DNA from: Takakia lepidozioides
Lineage: Eukaryota; Plantae; Bryophyta
Reading direction: 5' to 3'
Assembly (NCBI GenBank): GCA_030704615.1
Contig: CM060733.1
Location: 24,800,001-24,864,000 of the forward strand
Length of the DNA: 64,000 bases
The position numbers and the translations under genes were made by a program. Below the pieces are notes generated by a model. The model searched no databases. It was not told the origin of the DNA and saw nothing but the letters and a program-made list of their open reading frames with translations. Positions 26,848 through 38,975 of this stretch are shown in pieces; position 1 is the first letter of the stretch, and each line of letters begins with the position of its first letter.

Positions 26848-27661
26848 ATCAATCAATCACATTAGATAGTGACTCAACTACTGCTGTGATTGTAGTTGGT
26901 TGTTTACTGTGTAAGCAAATTGCAAGCAAGGGGAGTGTGAAGAACACTCTCTGATGGAAATGTTGTCTGACCGAGTGCTTCTCTCTGCAAATCAGTTTTA
27001 CCACAGAATCTTTGAGGTTGACCTGAGACTTGATAAAGAGGACTTCTAAGTCCGTGATTCCAAGATACTATTAGGAAAAACTTGTCAAACAGATTTCCCC
27101 CACACCACAGTACAGCACAGCACCAACTTAGATGGAGGATTTGTGAGAGGAGAGGTGTTGTGTGACTTGGTTCCAAAACAGTATCTTGCCAAGACCTAGG
27201 GATGGCTAAGACCCAAATCGGAGTTGCACCCACTGGTGCTTCCAGTGGCTTGCATGTGGGTCATCTATGGCAAGAATGGAGAGTTAGACCATTTGACATA
27301 TCAGAAACATTCAACACAACAACACAGTAGCTCCTGAAGAGCTAGAGACACACAAGGAACACATCAAATGGCACCAGTGGCCAAATCTTCTTGAAGCCTT
27401 TCAGAGCTCCTCTTTCAGCCCCTGCACAAGTATTCCTCTCTTCTTTCTGGTGTAGAGCGGCCATGAACTCTTCAACTTCAGCTCACTAGCGGAGCTCCCT
27501 TTCTTCCTACACCCCTGGACTCACCGTGGACAAGAAATTATAAACGGACCCAATTAGTTAGAAATCAGTTCTAGCGGTTAGCTACCCTTCTTCCTCCTCT
27601 CTTATCTGGGTTGGGGACACACTGTCATCTCCAGTTCCATCGTTCCTTCCCCTCGAGAGAG

Positions 27662-30600
27662 ATGGAGCCACACCAGAATAGGGGGGCAGTGAAATTCTCC
27701 GTTGGAGCGTACATAACGACTCTCTCTCTCCTCCTTGCCTGCTTTGCCTTCGCCATCAACTGGAACAAGACGCCTCTTTTTTATTATGACCCCATCGAGA
27801 GCATGCTGGTGAAATGTGAGCGAGGTCTGATGCAAGATGGGCCCATCAACATCATGCCCGAGTACCCTGGATGGGCACTCCATTTGAATGACCCTAAAGT
27901 GCGTCTTTTTTCCTTCCAGATCATTATCTCAATGTCTGTGTTTGCCTCTTTGACATACACACATGCAAACACAATGCCAAACTCCATTTTTGTTTCTCCA
28001 CCTCTGTGAAAGTTAGAAAGTTCTATTATCTTTTGTTCTTGTTGTATTTGGGCTGCGTCGGACGCATCCTGCTTTCTCTTGTCCCGTAAGCTCTTCGAGT
28101 TTATGTCCATTTCCCTCATGTCATCTCTAGCGCAAGCGGGGCCCAAGCGGTCAGCACGTTGCAGGTTGTCCCATAAGCTCTGCAGTGCGTAGCTTCCATA
28201 ATGCAATGTGCTAATTTATATCATGATGAAGTTCTTTTTATCATAGTTTTGCCAAATGCCAAGTTGTTTTTTAGTCTCTTTTTCAAGGAGCATCTTGTCA
28301 GCATTCATGTGTCCTACATGTTGGCGTGATGGCTAGGATGCACTAGAAAAGATTGGGAGTGTCATTGCTTGCCCTTAAGCATTGAAGTATACTTTTAGGA
28401 GCAGAATCATCCAAGGGACAATTTAAGAGGGTACACTTATCTGGGGACTGGAGGGAGCATTGGACAGATCTGTGTTACAGCTACAACTGCATCGGCCATT
28501 GAGGACCTGGTGCCATGGATATTGTACCACCGTACCATAGGCGTGGCTTCCTTCTTCCTCTTTGTGGAGGGCCAGGCTGCATCAGCCCACAGCCGTGCTA
28601 CCCTCCAGAGTCTTCATGTAATCTCGCTCATTTCTTTCACTGTCGGTGTGTCCCCATTTCTCTTTTCCCTCTCTCTTCTCAGTTGTTTACCCACATTTCT
28701 CTGTTTGCTCTCCTCTCATTATGTCTTGACCAATTTCTACTTCCACAAATGGTCACAAAGTCATAAAGATGTCAAGCAAAGTCACAAAGTCATAAAGGTG
28801 TCCACCTTCCCATCAGAAGGCAGTAGTGCTTAACTTCGGGAAGAGTCCAAAAACAAACTAAAAAATACTTTGTCTGGCTCTCAGGATGTGTTGAGTTGCA
28901 ACACTGAAGAGAAATGTACCAATTTCATGGTAGGCATAGTAGCCCTCCAAAATTCGAGACATTGATGGTAGTCGCCGTGTCTATGATGTTTGTGACTATG
29001 TGCAAATTTTTATGAGATAAGAGCCATAGGAAGCGAAATTTATATGGGACAAGAAAAGTATGTGCCTTATTGACTAGGGAGGTCGAGGGCTGCACCTGTA
29101 ATGCATTGGTTGTGTTGTAGTTTGCAGGGGGTTATGTTGGTTACCAAAACCAAAAAACTGAAGAAGAAGCAGCAGCAAAGGTCCAGTTTTAACTACTCAG
29201 ACACATGATTTTTGTCAGATCTGATTTTCCTCTTGAAATGTAGCTGTTGAGGAATAATCCCTCCAACCTTGTAACGATGTAAATGTATATGAGTGGCTCT
29301 CGTACGACTGCTCTACTAACTTGAGCTGTTGGTGCTAGGACATAACAGCCGGCTATTGAAGGAGGCATGGATGGCCCGATACTTACACAGACCCTGCAGT
29401 TATGAGTCATTTGTCCAGAAGACTCTGGATATGGAAGTTGCAGTCACTCTTGCAAAGGTATGCCTGTCATGAAGGTTGGGGTCTGTGACATTTGAGAGAG
29501 AGAAATGTACTCATAAGACGTTGTTTGCTGTAGCCTTGTGGGCTGAACAAACGGGAGCAGAAACCTTTGTGGGGCTCACTCCGGTAGTGTGACTTAGTTT
29601 GAGAGAATGTACTCATAAGACGTTGTTTGTCGTAGCCTGGGGCCATTGACCCCGCGCCCAGTTTGAGTGGAACACAAAGGGATAGAACCTACCTTTGTCA
29701 GGGGCTGACGCTGGTAGTAAGACTTACCTTGGAATAAACAATTGATCCGGGTTTTCCAGATATCCTCTAGAAATCCCTTTACACAAGCAACCTGCTGTGT
29801 GTCGTTTGAGAGAGAGAGAGAGAGATCAAATGATATGTCAGTGTAGTGTGAATCAGCAACATAGGAGCATTTTGCTTGAGTGAGGCAAGCTCATAATTTC
29901 TCCTGTAAACTAAGACTGATTGGAAACAGACACTACCTTTGTGAGGGGCTCACTCAAGTAGTGGGACTTACCTTGGTATAGACAATTAGTTCGGGCTTTC
30001 CACAAGCAGCAATCTGCTGTGTTTGAGCTGCCCAGCATTAGACCCCAACAGGGCAAGTGCTTTAGGCTCAACCTCAAGATTTCGAAAGTTGGTGAACAGA
30101 GGTGCAGGGACTATGTTCTTGATGGTTCTGAAGAGGGTTGCTCCCTGATTAGAAGACGCTGGACATTGCATTAGAAAGTGGATATTGTCTACAGACCACG
30201 CGCCCAGTTGGGCAGAACAAAAGGGACCAGAAACTACCTTTGTGAGGGGCTCACTCCAGGGATGAAGAGAATGTACTCATAAGACGTTGTCCCAGGGATG
30301 AAGAGAGAGAGAGAGAAAGAGCATGTCCCTCATTTGATTAGACGATGCACATGGATAACACCTTTGTTACTTCCGGATGCATATCAAGCCATGGTTAGAG
30401 TAACAAGTCAGTACTTTATTTCTCAAAAACAAGCAGGGCTTGAGCTAGGAAGTGGGGGATAGAGGGCAGGCATGCAGTGGATTATAGCTATGGACGATGA
30501 CGAGCTGCTACACCCTGCTGGGGCCTTGACCTACTCCATCACATCTGTCCTTCAAACTGTTGACCGTCGCGTTGATGCTGTCGTCTTTCCAAATCATGTA

Positions 30601-33435
30601 AGTAGTGTCAAGGGATCCCCTCTTCTCTCTGTTATATGGAGTTTTAGGCAAAACATATTGGGTTGTCTCTTCAAGATCATGAGGCTACTGGGAGCACTGT
30701 CTATCACCCTCTCTTCGCATCTTCTTTATCTTCAAGTGCAAACTTGGACAGTAAATGCTAATTCCAATGTGGAGAGGAATCTTCACGTCTGTTGATTTGT
30801 AAAGAGTTTAGTGTTGCGCGTGAAATGGCATGGAGCTTTTCTGATCTAAGGTGGCCACAATGTGTTCAGGAAAGTGCAATTGAACGCGACAGTATTGTGG
30901 AGCCCTTCAGAGAGGTTCACATCTCAAACCTTCAAGAAGAACCTACCCAACCCATGTGTAACAAACCTTAGCCAAACCAAGGAATTCAAGGTTCTCAAGC
31001 TTGAAAGTCTTACCATACCCAAAGATGCATCTTACTGGACTGTGCTTGATGATGCCACATGGAGAATAGGCGATGTGCATTGTGTATAGCCTGCCTCTAC
31101 TTGACTGGAAGAGTATGTGCACTCTGTAGATCCCAACAACCATGGTGGGAACTGCAGGTGACACTATTCAAGAAGGCGATCACCCATATTTCAAGGTCCA
31201 CGTTCTTGAAAATGTATGAGAAAGCAGCTCGTGGTAATCCATGGTACTTTATGAGCTATGGTGATGGCAAGTCTGCTGCTCGCATCAAGTCAGGACTGCG
31301 ACCTTATGGCCCCTACCGTTGGAGCAACTACAACAAGCCTTTCAAGTGCCTCCCTCAACCCTTTCTCTCCCCTGCATGCACGCACGTTTGGCTAGCTTAT
31401 ATCTCAAATTGCACTCAATGCAAGAAGCAGGCAGAGGTTCAGAAATCACATCTCTTACTATCCGACGATAATTATGATGCAAGCTTCTCACTTTGAAATC
31501 GAAGATTCTCTGCTTGATCAATTGCACATTCACTGTCCAATGGATCACCCACTGGCTGTGAATCTGCCTCATGCGTGACCTTACATCCTTCACTATCCAC
31601 CGGGCCACGAAAACTAGAGAGAACGCACTGAAGGCAAGCACAGGTTAATTGAGTGTTGGCCGGAAGGGTTGACACACTGCCTGAAAGCATGAGCTTGATT
31701 CTAGCACACTGCATCTAGCTTTACACAAATGTGATACATGGCTGTGGTTGCACATTCAATCACGCCACAACAGGGGAACTGGAGAACTAAATGAAAGACA
31801 GGAAGTAACTTTATGTTGAGGGAGAGATGAGCTTCCTAACGAGAGAGAAGAGGGGGCATAGTAATTCTGGAAGAGGTTTGGAACATAACCAGTTGCTGAG
31901 TGACACCAGGGGAAGTGGTTGGGCAGGGAGGTAATGATGGAGGAGGCGGGAGTATTGCACTACTCTTACACCAAGTTCTCTGACTTGACTTCTGTGTGGG
32001 ACCGGTGTGGGTGTTACTATGCACCCAAGTTTGGAAGCAAATGCTTTGTGAATGAGTTTGACCGCCATGTATGTTCTCATGATACGTTTGATTTGAACAT
32101 TTGCCTTGTAGTGTTCGTTTCTGCATCCATGAGTGCCCAGTTGTAAAGAAAAGAAATAATGAACGTGAAGAAGAGTGACTGTAGCAGGTGTTTTCCCAAG
32201 AAAAAACTTGAAACTCTGCCAACCAGCAAAGATTTCCTTTTGGATCCGTCTTACTATCGGATTATTGACATGCTTCTGTGCCAGGCATACATCATCGCAT
32301 CCTCTGCCTCTGAACCACATTTGTTCCAGTGGTACGATCACACAGCTCTCTCCCCTCCACTCTCTCTACTGGCGTGCGTTACTGCTGTCGTCACTCAGAC
32401 AGAATAATTAGTTTTGGACCCGTTCAATTGAATAAAGACAACAGGACTGACAATTTTGGAGGTACCAAAATGGTTCTGAACACTTACATTCAATGATGAA
32501 TGTTATAATTGCAGGGCAAATGGTAAGAAGGTGGCTCACACATCCAGACGATGCTGAATCACAATGTGCTAAATTTTCTCATCAGTTAACCCTTTGACAG
32601 GTTCCGGGAACATGTAGTGTGGGACAATCTGGAGCTGGTGCAAACCCTCATCAGACACGGGATCTTCACTCGCATTCAGGCACCTCAGGTATGCACACCC
32701 CCTAAGGTACACACTGTTTCTCCATGCAACTTTGCAAATTTGGAGCAGGAAAATGGAGAAAGACTATATCAGCATCCCAAACCAAAAACAGACAAAACAG
32801 ATGCCGAGAGCCCCAGATCTACTGTACTCCTTCCTCTTCCAGGTGAGCATTGGAGGGGATACTCCCTGCGGAAACCAACCCTTTTGGGGTTTCGTGGGGT
32901 GTTAGCCCAATGGGGAGAAACTGAGAACAGTTTTCAGATAAAGCCTGTTTAGCGTTCAGTGATTTTACAGAGCTTACTGCTTGAAATGAGAGAAAATGGG
33001 AAATAAGGAGCATAAAGAGAGGAAGAGAATCTTACCACGAACCTAAGAACGTATTTGACAATTCACAGTTGTGGGGTGTAGATTATAATACAGGGATTGC
33101 AAGAGGTTGGCCAATTCCAAGATGCACTTGATGCAGGCCACAAAATGCTGGAAGAATCCGTGCTCCTCATTGGAAAACCTAATCGTTCCCGTTATCTGGA
33201 TGCAACTGAGAGAGTTCAAATTCAAGAAATGGAAAAGATCTATGATGCCTTACAACAAGGAGCTAAAGATCAGTTTTCTCCCAAAAGCAAAAGTCAGTCG
33301 TCGATAGGGGCAAAGGGGAAAGGGTTAGGGAGGGTTGCAGGACGAAAACTGCTGAAAGTGGAGGCAGCCTCATTGCCAAGAACACTACCCCTACCTCCAT
33401 CATCCCGCCCCAAAGTTTCTCTCGCAGGAATTTAG
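27662..33435 (+). CDS. KOBITO1/ELD1/ABI8-like glycosyltransferase-like protein (divergent paralog), ~11 exons
   Basis: N-terminal TM anchor, then ICVTATT, PWILYHRTIGVASFFLFVEGQAAS, MQWIIAMDDDELLHPAG (DxD), ESAIERD, RGNPWYFMSYGDGKSAARI, LHYSYTKFSDLTS..DRCGC, AYIIASS and GIFTRIQAPQ, in the order known for KOBITO1. GT-AG introns. Confidence 0.85.
29491..30316 (-). mobile_element. Cluster of short 3' fragments of the (TC)n-targeting LINE inside a KOBITO1-like intron
   Basis: The reverse complement of the LINE 3' end (tgtactcataagacgttg) occurs at ~29506, ~29608 and ~30272. Older diverged pieces lie at ~29930-30255. Fragments are separated by (GA)n. Confidence 0.88.
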
Positions 33436-35036
33436 AATGAGTGCGTGGATGCGAGCTTGAGCATAACTTGTAAAGATTGCTTCATTTTAATCTCCAGACA
33501 ACCACCCTGCTTCTGCATTTCTCACCAATGAAGCTGTCTGACTCACTTGGAAGCCACATTGAACTCAGCCCAGAATGAAGAGGTTATTGAAGCTATTTGG
33601 TCCAATCAATTCAAGCTTTAGTGATACTGTCCTTTGCAGATCACCTGATGCTGGAGCTGATGCCATATCTTTAGATTGATCTCCTGCAAGGAGTCAAATC
33701 CCTTCCCCCATTCCGTCACTTCCTTCCGTAACCCAGCTTTGCACCTCCTACCTAAGGGACTGGTATTCTGGTGTCCAAAAGTTCAGTGTGAGATGGAAAT
33801 GCACAAAAGGTTTGATGGATGCCCCAACGCATCCCTCTGTGCAGCTCTTCAGTTGCTGCCACCGTTTCTGGAAGCCTATCCACTCCAAAGGCTTCAAACC
33901 ACCTGTGAACCTCAGATGCAATAGTGAGCAGTGAGCACTGGTGGCCCCCGATGGCCAACCATTCATTCACATGTGACTTGAGCCCACAAAGACTGTCTTG
34001 CTCTGCATTTTACCTGGAAAGCAAAACGAAAGTGCTGGAAATCCTTTACCAAAACGAGAATCACTGAAAACATGACTTCCACACCAACAGATCTACACTC
34101 CCCCGCCTTCTCCACCTATTGCCATATTTGATCCACCATCAAAGATGACGAGTCCATTCTGTCATAGTAGCAGATTTCCGTGTACCATGCTGATGCACTG
34201 AAGATCATACTTAAAGGCCTGCATTAATAAACGGTGATCTCTGAGTTGATTGGAATTTGGAAATCCTGAAACACAGGTACAGCGACTACTAAGTTAAGTA
34301 GGGTAGATTCATACCTTAGAAGCGTAATTTCTGCTGACATAGACATCAGCAGGTACAATACTGTCTTAATGATCACAGGCTTAGTAATCACTGTGAAAGC
34401 GCTCAATGGGAAATTCGTACAAAGGACTACTTACTACATAACAAAGACTCTCATAATACAGCCTTTTTCCTCATGAAGTCTCATCAATGTGAATGTACTA
34501 TTCACGAATGTGAGTATGCCTTATTTACAAAGGCTGTGAGTAAGTATACGCTATCAAATCCTGTCCAGTCTGCAGAGTCCGGATTGAGACACCAAAAACG
34601 GCATGGTTGGAGATTTGAGTTGGGAATTTGAGCCCCCTGCATCCAATGGCGATCCAAGATCTTGTGGTGTTACAACTTCAGCTATCCATGCTTCGATAGA
34701 CTATACTGGCAAAGCTGCAGTACATATGGATATGATCATTCACTGATTCATTGACTTGTTTTACAAAGAAGATATTCAAGAGGTTGTTGATTGTAGACTG
34801 CACTGTTACTATACTAAGTTACACTACGTAGTCCCCCTTCTGTTTCATCCATGAAAACAGGCATATATTATTAGTGTTGTACCTGAAATTGGGTGTGGGT
34901 GATAAGGTGGCTGTCAATGATAAGCTGGTAGGAAGAGAAGAGAGACGAGAAGGAAGAGAGAAGAGTGACGAGAGTATCAGTGAGAGTGTAGGGAGCTGTG
35001 TGAGGAGACTAGATTGTGAAGGCAAGAGAGGCAGCA

Positions 35037-37712
35037 ATGGGGGAGGGGTTGTGGACCAGGCCGGGAGGAGAATGGTTGGTGGCAGCGGTGGCAGGGTGGG
35101 GTGTGGCGTATGTGCTGGTGCGTAGTCTGCTGCCCCAGCGCTCCAAGGATTTTGCCAATCGCTGCGTGTCGTTGTTGCATGTGGTAGTTGCTTCCTCTCT
35201 CTGCACGCATTCCATACGGGATTGGTCACACCCGCTTGATGGCATTGGCGGCCCTTCCACTCCTGCTCAGGTTAGTCCCATCCCCGCCCAAAACTTTGTG
35301 CACTGTGTGCGCTGACGATAGGGAGTTACTGGGCATGCAATGTGTGTGTGTGTGTGTGTTTATAAAGAGAGAGGCTCGGTGAGAGAGATTCCTTGTACAA
35401 TACTGGGAATTACATTTGAGTGTGGAGGGACATTTCAATGCGTCAAAACTTCGTCTTTTGATTCAGAATTCTTCAGTTCCCAGATTGCTTGTAGATTAGA
35501 GACTCTGAGAAGCGCATTTCTCTTTTGTATACGGGGAGGGAAGGTCTTTACGAGAGGGCACCTTCTGTCTGGCCATTCTGTAGTCATCGTCTGCACTAAA
35601 TTCGTTGAGACAGCTGTGGAACCCATAACCCTACATGGAACCAGAATTGATAGCAGGTCATTTATCAGATACAACCCTAACATGTAATTGTTTTTGCCTC
35701 AACAATTCCTGATTGTGATAAATTAGATTGCCTTGTGTACTTGTGGGCTGGAATTCTGAGGTGCAGGGGTTGATTAGTATGGGTAGAATTGACTTAGTGG
35801 TATGATGGGATTCAAGTGTGAATCTTATACTAATTGGTGCGATACATATTCTGAGATGAGGCATTTTAATCTGTATCTTTTACAAGAGTACCTTTTGGCC
35901 TTTTTATGCCATTTCGTAATCCATGTGCCCCATTTGGTCGCTTGGGATTTGATCTACATGAGTAAGAAGGCTGTTACGGTCTGAGCATATGGTAATTGTT
36001 TCAAATTCGAAATCCATTCAGTCTTGATCAGGGATAACTAAGCATGCACTACTCTTTATTTGCCTATGCCTGTGCAGAAGAATCTATGGTTAGCCTCTAG
36101 CAGGCAGTGATGGGTCATTCCAGTGCAGTTGACTCACTGTCTTTGGTAAAGCCAGCTCTAATTTGCTTTATTTACTTGCTATGGAACTTTGGACAAATTG
36201 CAGATGTGGGCAATTGTTGCGAGCCTGGCCTACTTTATATACGACTTTCTTTGCTGCATTATTGAGCTTCCATGGGAAGCTGCAAATGCCATACATCACC
36301 TGCTCAGTATTCTGGGACTTGCCTTTGGTTTCATGCAGGACTCTGTATGTTTCCTTACCATGCATGGCCACATTTCTTCCTTTCTGATGAGGGTAGTTAG
36401 CTGTGTAGCATTTCCCGCGATGGGGAAGCAAATATGTCAGGCATATACTCACAGGGTTCTTCTGGCAAGTGGAGAAAATGAGAGGGAAAATAGGCAAATG
36501 GGCTATCTTTGCTATGTTCAACCTCTTTACATGTGCTAACTTCCCATTCTGCTCCAGCATTATTGAAAGCGTGTATGTTGTCCCACAAATTTCTGTACCT
36601 CAGATTGAGTGGATAATTGTGCAACAATTGCTCTATGAAAATTGAGACTTGGGAGTGTGTTTGTAAGTGAATAAAATCGGCTTGACCTTCTAGTTTTGTG
36701 ACCTGGAAGGCCTCTATACAGGGTACCTTATTTATTCTTTTTCCTGTAGTGTGGGACAGAGTTGGTGGCGTGCCTTTGGCTGATGGAGCTTTCAAACCCC
36801 TTCATGCATGCTCGAGAGTTACTGAAGGAGCTTGGCCTCAAAAACACAGGCTATGCCCTGCTGAATGATGTGAGACAGACGCCCATCTAGATTTCTTACA
36901 GCAGACAACTTGATGCCTGTATGGGTTGTTTGGGCTCTCATGCACTGAAGCTCATCAGGATGTGGACCTTGAAAGGCCATCCCTCAGATTGCTGAGAAAC
37001 TGGAGTAGGGAAGCTTGGAAGCAGTAAGCAAGGGAAATTGAAAGACTTTCAGTCTGTTTGCATCCACATTGTTAGGAGCTAATGAAGTCAGTGGCAAGGC
37101 TTAGCAGCTAGCTAGTCACTGCAATTCAAGATTGACTTATCTTGACTCTTTAGAAGACAAGCTGCAGGTTTGTTTGTTGGGTCTCTTGTTTGTTTCTATT
37201 TTCGGTCTTTGTAAAAAATTTCCCCTTTGTTGAGCTGTTCTTAGATAGGCTTACAAACTCTTCTTGCAAAACTCTTCTTTCTTTGCCTTGGATGTATTGG
37301 TGCAGTTTGGTCTGCACTCACATTGCAATAATTGTAAGCAAGGGATATTGAGGCTTTCTGGTGATTGCACCATGTGCAGGTCTGCTTTGCATTGGTGTTC
37401 ACAATTGCCCGAATGGGAATTGGACCAATTGTGACTTACGCAACTCTACAAGCAGAGAGTCCCTTGGCTGTAAAGGTAAGCAGTTTGCTTCCTCCTTCCA
37501 ACTGTGAGAGAGTAGAACCCTTTTGTTTCACAAAATTTTGTATCTAATTACGGGACTTAACCACATGCATCCAGAATCTGACACAATTATATTTACATTT
37601 ATTGCAGGTGGGGGCAGTAGGTATTCAGGTTGTCAGCTTCATCTGGTTTTTAAAAATCGCAAAGATGGTTCAGTATAAGTTGAGGAAGCAGAAGGAGTCG
37701 AAGACAAAGTGA
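35037..37712 (+). CDS. TLC (TRAM/LAG1/CLN8) domain membrane protein, TMEM136/TLCD5-like, 5 exons
   Basis: Exons 35037-35270, 36204-36344, 36750-36869, 37380-37475 and 37608-37712 give DFANRCVSLLH, SLAYFIYD, IHHLLSILG, GTELVACLWLMELSNPFMHARELLKELG, FALVFTIARM and a basic C-terminal tail. Confidence 0.9.
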
Positions 37713-38484
37713 CAGCTTAAATCCATTGAGGATCCACCTTACCAACTTTCCTCTCCACATTCGTCCCAACGAATGTTCTTTGAATTGATAATTGTACCAA
37801 AAGAAGCTTGAGGTACAAATGAATTTTAATTCCTTGAATTGGTCGGAGATTAGGTAGCCTGCTGGCGATTACATGACAGCATTTCATGGCAAATTTGTTT
37901 GTTTGATGGTCTAAAGTTATTTACTAAAGACCACAGGGAAATTAGATTCATTGAGTAGTCCCCTTCAATCTTTGAATTTTGAAGTTGACTGCGATATCTT
38001 CCCATGTCAGGAATATGGATACTTCATACTTCTGTTTGGTGTGACATCCAAGTCAGGATGATGGAATTACAGCTGGGGTTTGTCAGGATGGGAGCTCATC
38101 TTCTCACCCAGCTCTGCTTGCTTCATCTCACAACTGTTGATAATGCTACATCAGATTCTATATATTCAGCACCCATCACTTGTAGCCAAATCATGATTCT
38201 CAAGGCCCTTAACTGAGGCTCTTTAAATCATAAAACACTTGGTATATGTATGTGTACCGATTTGACTACTTGAGGGAAGTTCTTAGGCCATTGCTTTTCT
38301 GACATCACAGCTACTGGAGTAAGGCCAAAATCACCCTCCTAAAGGTGAGGGAGGACAAATGGAAGAAGTATACTCCCCTTTCTATTGAATAACTAACAAA
38401 ACATGCCAAATTACAATTACAGAGGTGCATGAGGCTGAGGGTTTCAGACAGTCAAATTGATGTAGTCATAGTATGCATTGACAA

Positions 38485-38490
38485 TCTCTC

Positions 38491-38552
<62 letters not shown>
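38485..38552. repeat. (CT)n microsatellite
   Basis: About 34 CT units with one interruption. Confidence 0.95.
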
Positions 38553-38556
<4 letters not shown>

Positions 38557-38975
38557 ATAGTTTTGCCTTTAACCACTTATCTGTCCTCTGTCAAGCTTCA
38601 GTGATTGTAAGACCTGCCTAACGCCCTCTCTCAATACTGAGGGTTTCCACAAGATGCTACCACATGCCAAGTTAGCCTTGAGTTGGTGGCTGTGCGTGAT
38701 CAAATGGATGAGTGAAACGAGAGATTGACAGCCATGGTCTCTAAAACTCGGGTACTTAGAGTGTGCCATGAGCAGGTTTTCCTTACTACTAAGTAGTCCT
38801 GACTCCTCATGCATTCATCTACATGCTACAGCTTTGCAAGGATTTTATGTTACATTGTGGTCATTCATTCATAGGGCTGGCGACAAGTGGCAAAAAAAAA
38901 CAAAACACAGTGTATTCTTAGTGGAAAGAATCCACATCATCAGGTTCTTTGAGAAGAGGAGGCCCATCGTAGCCG

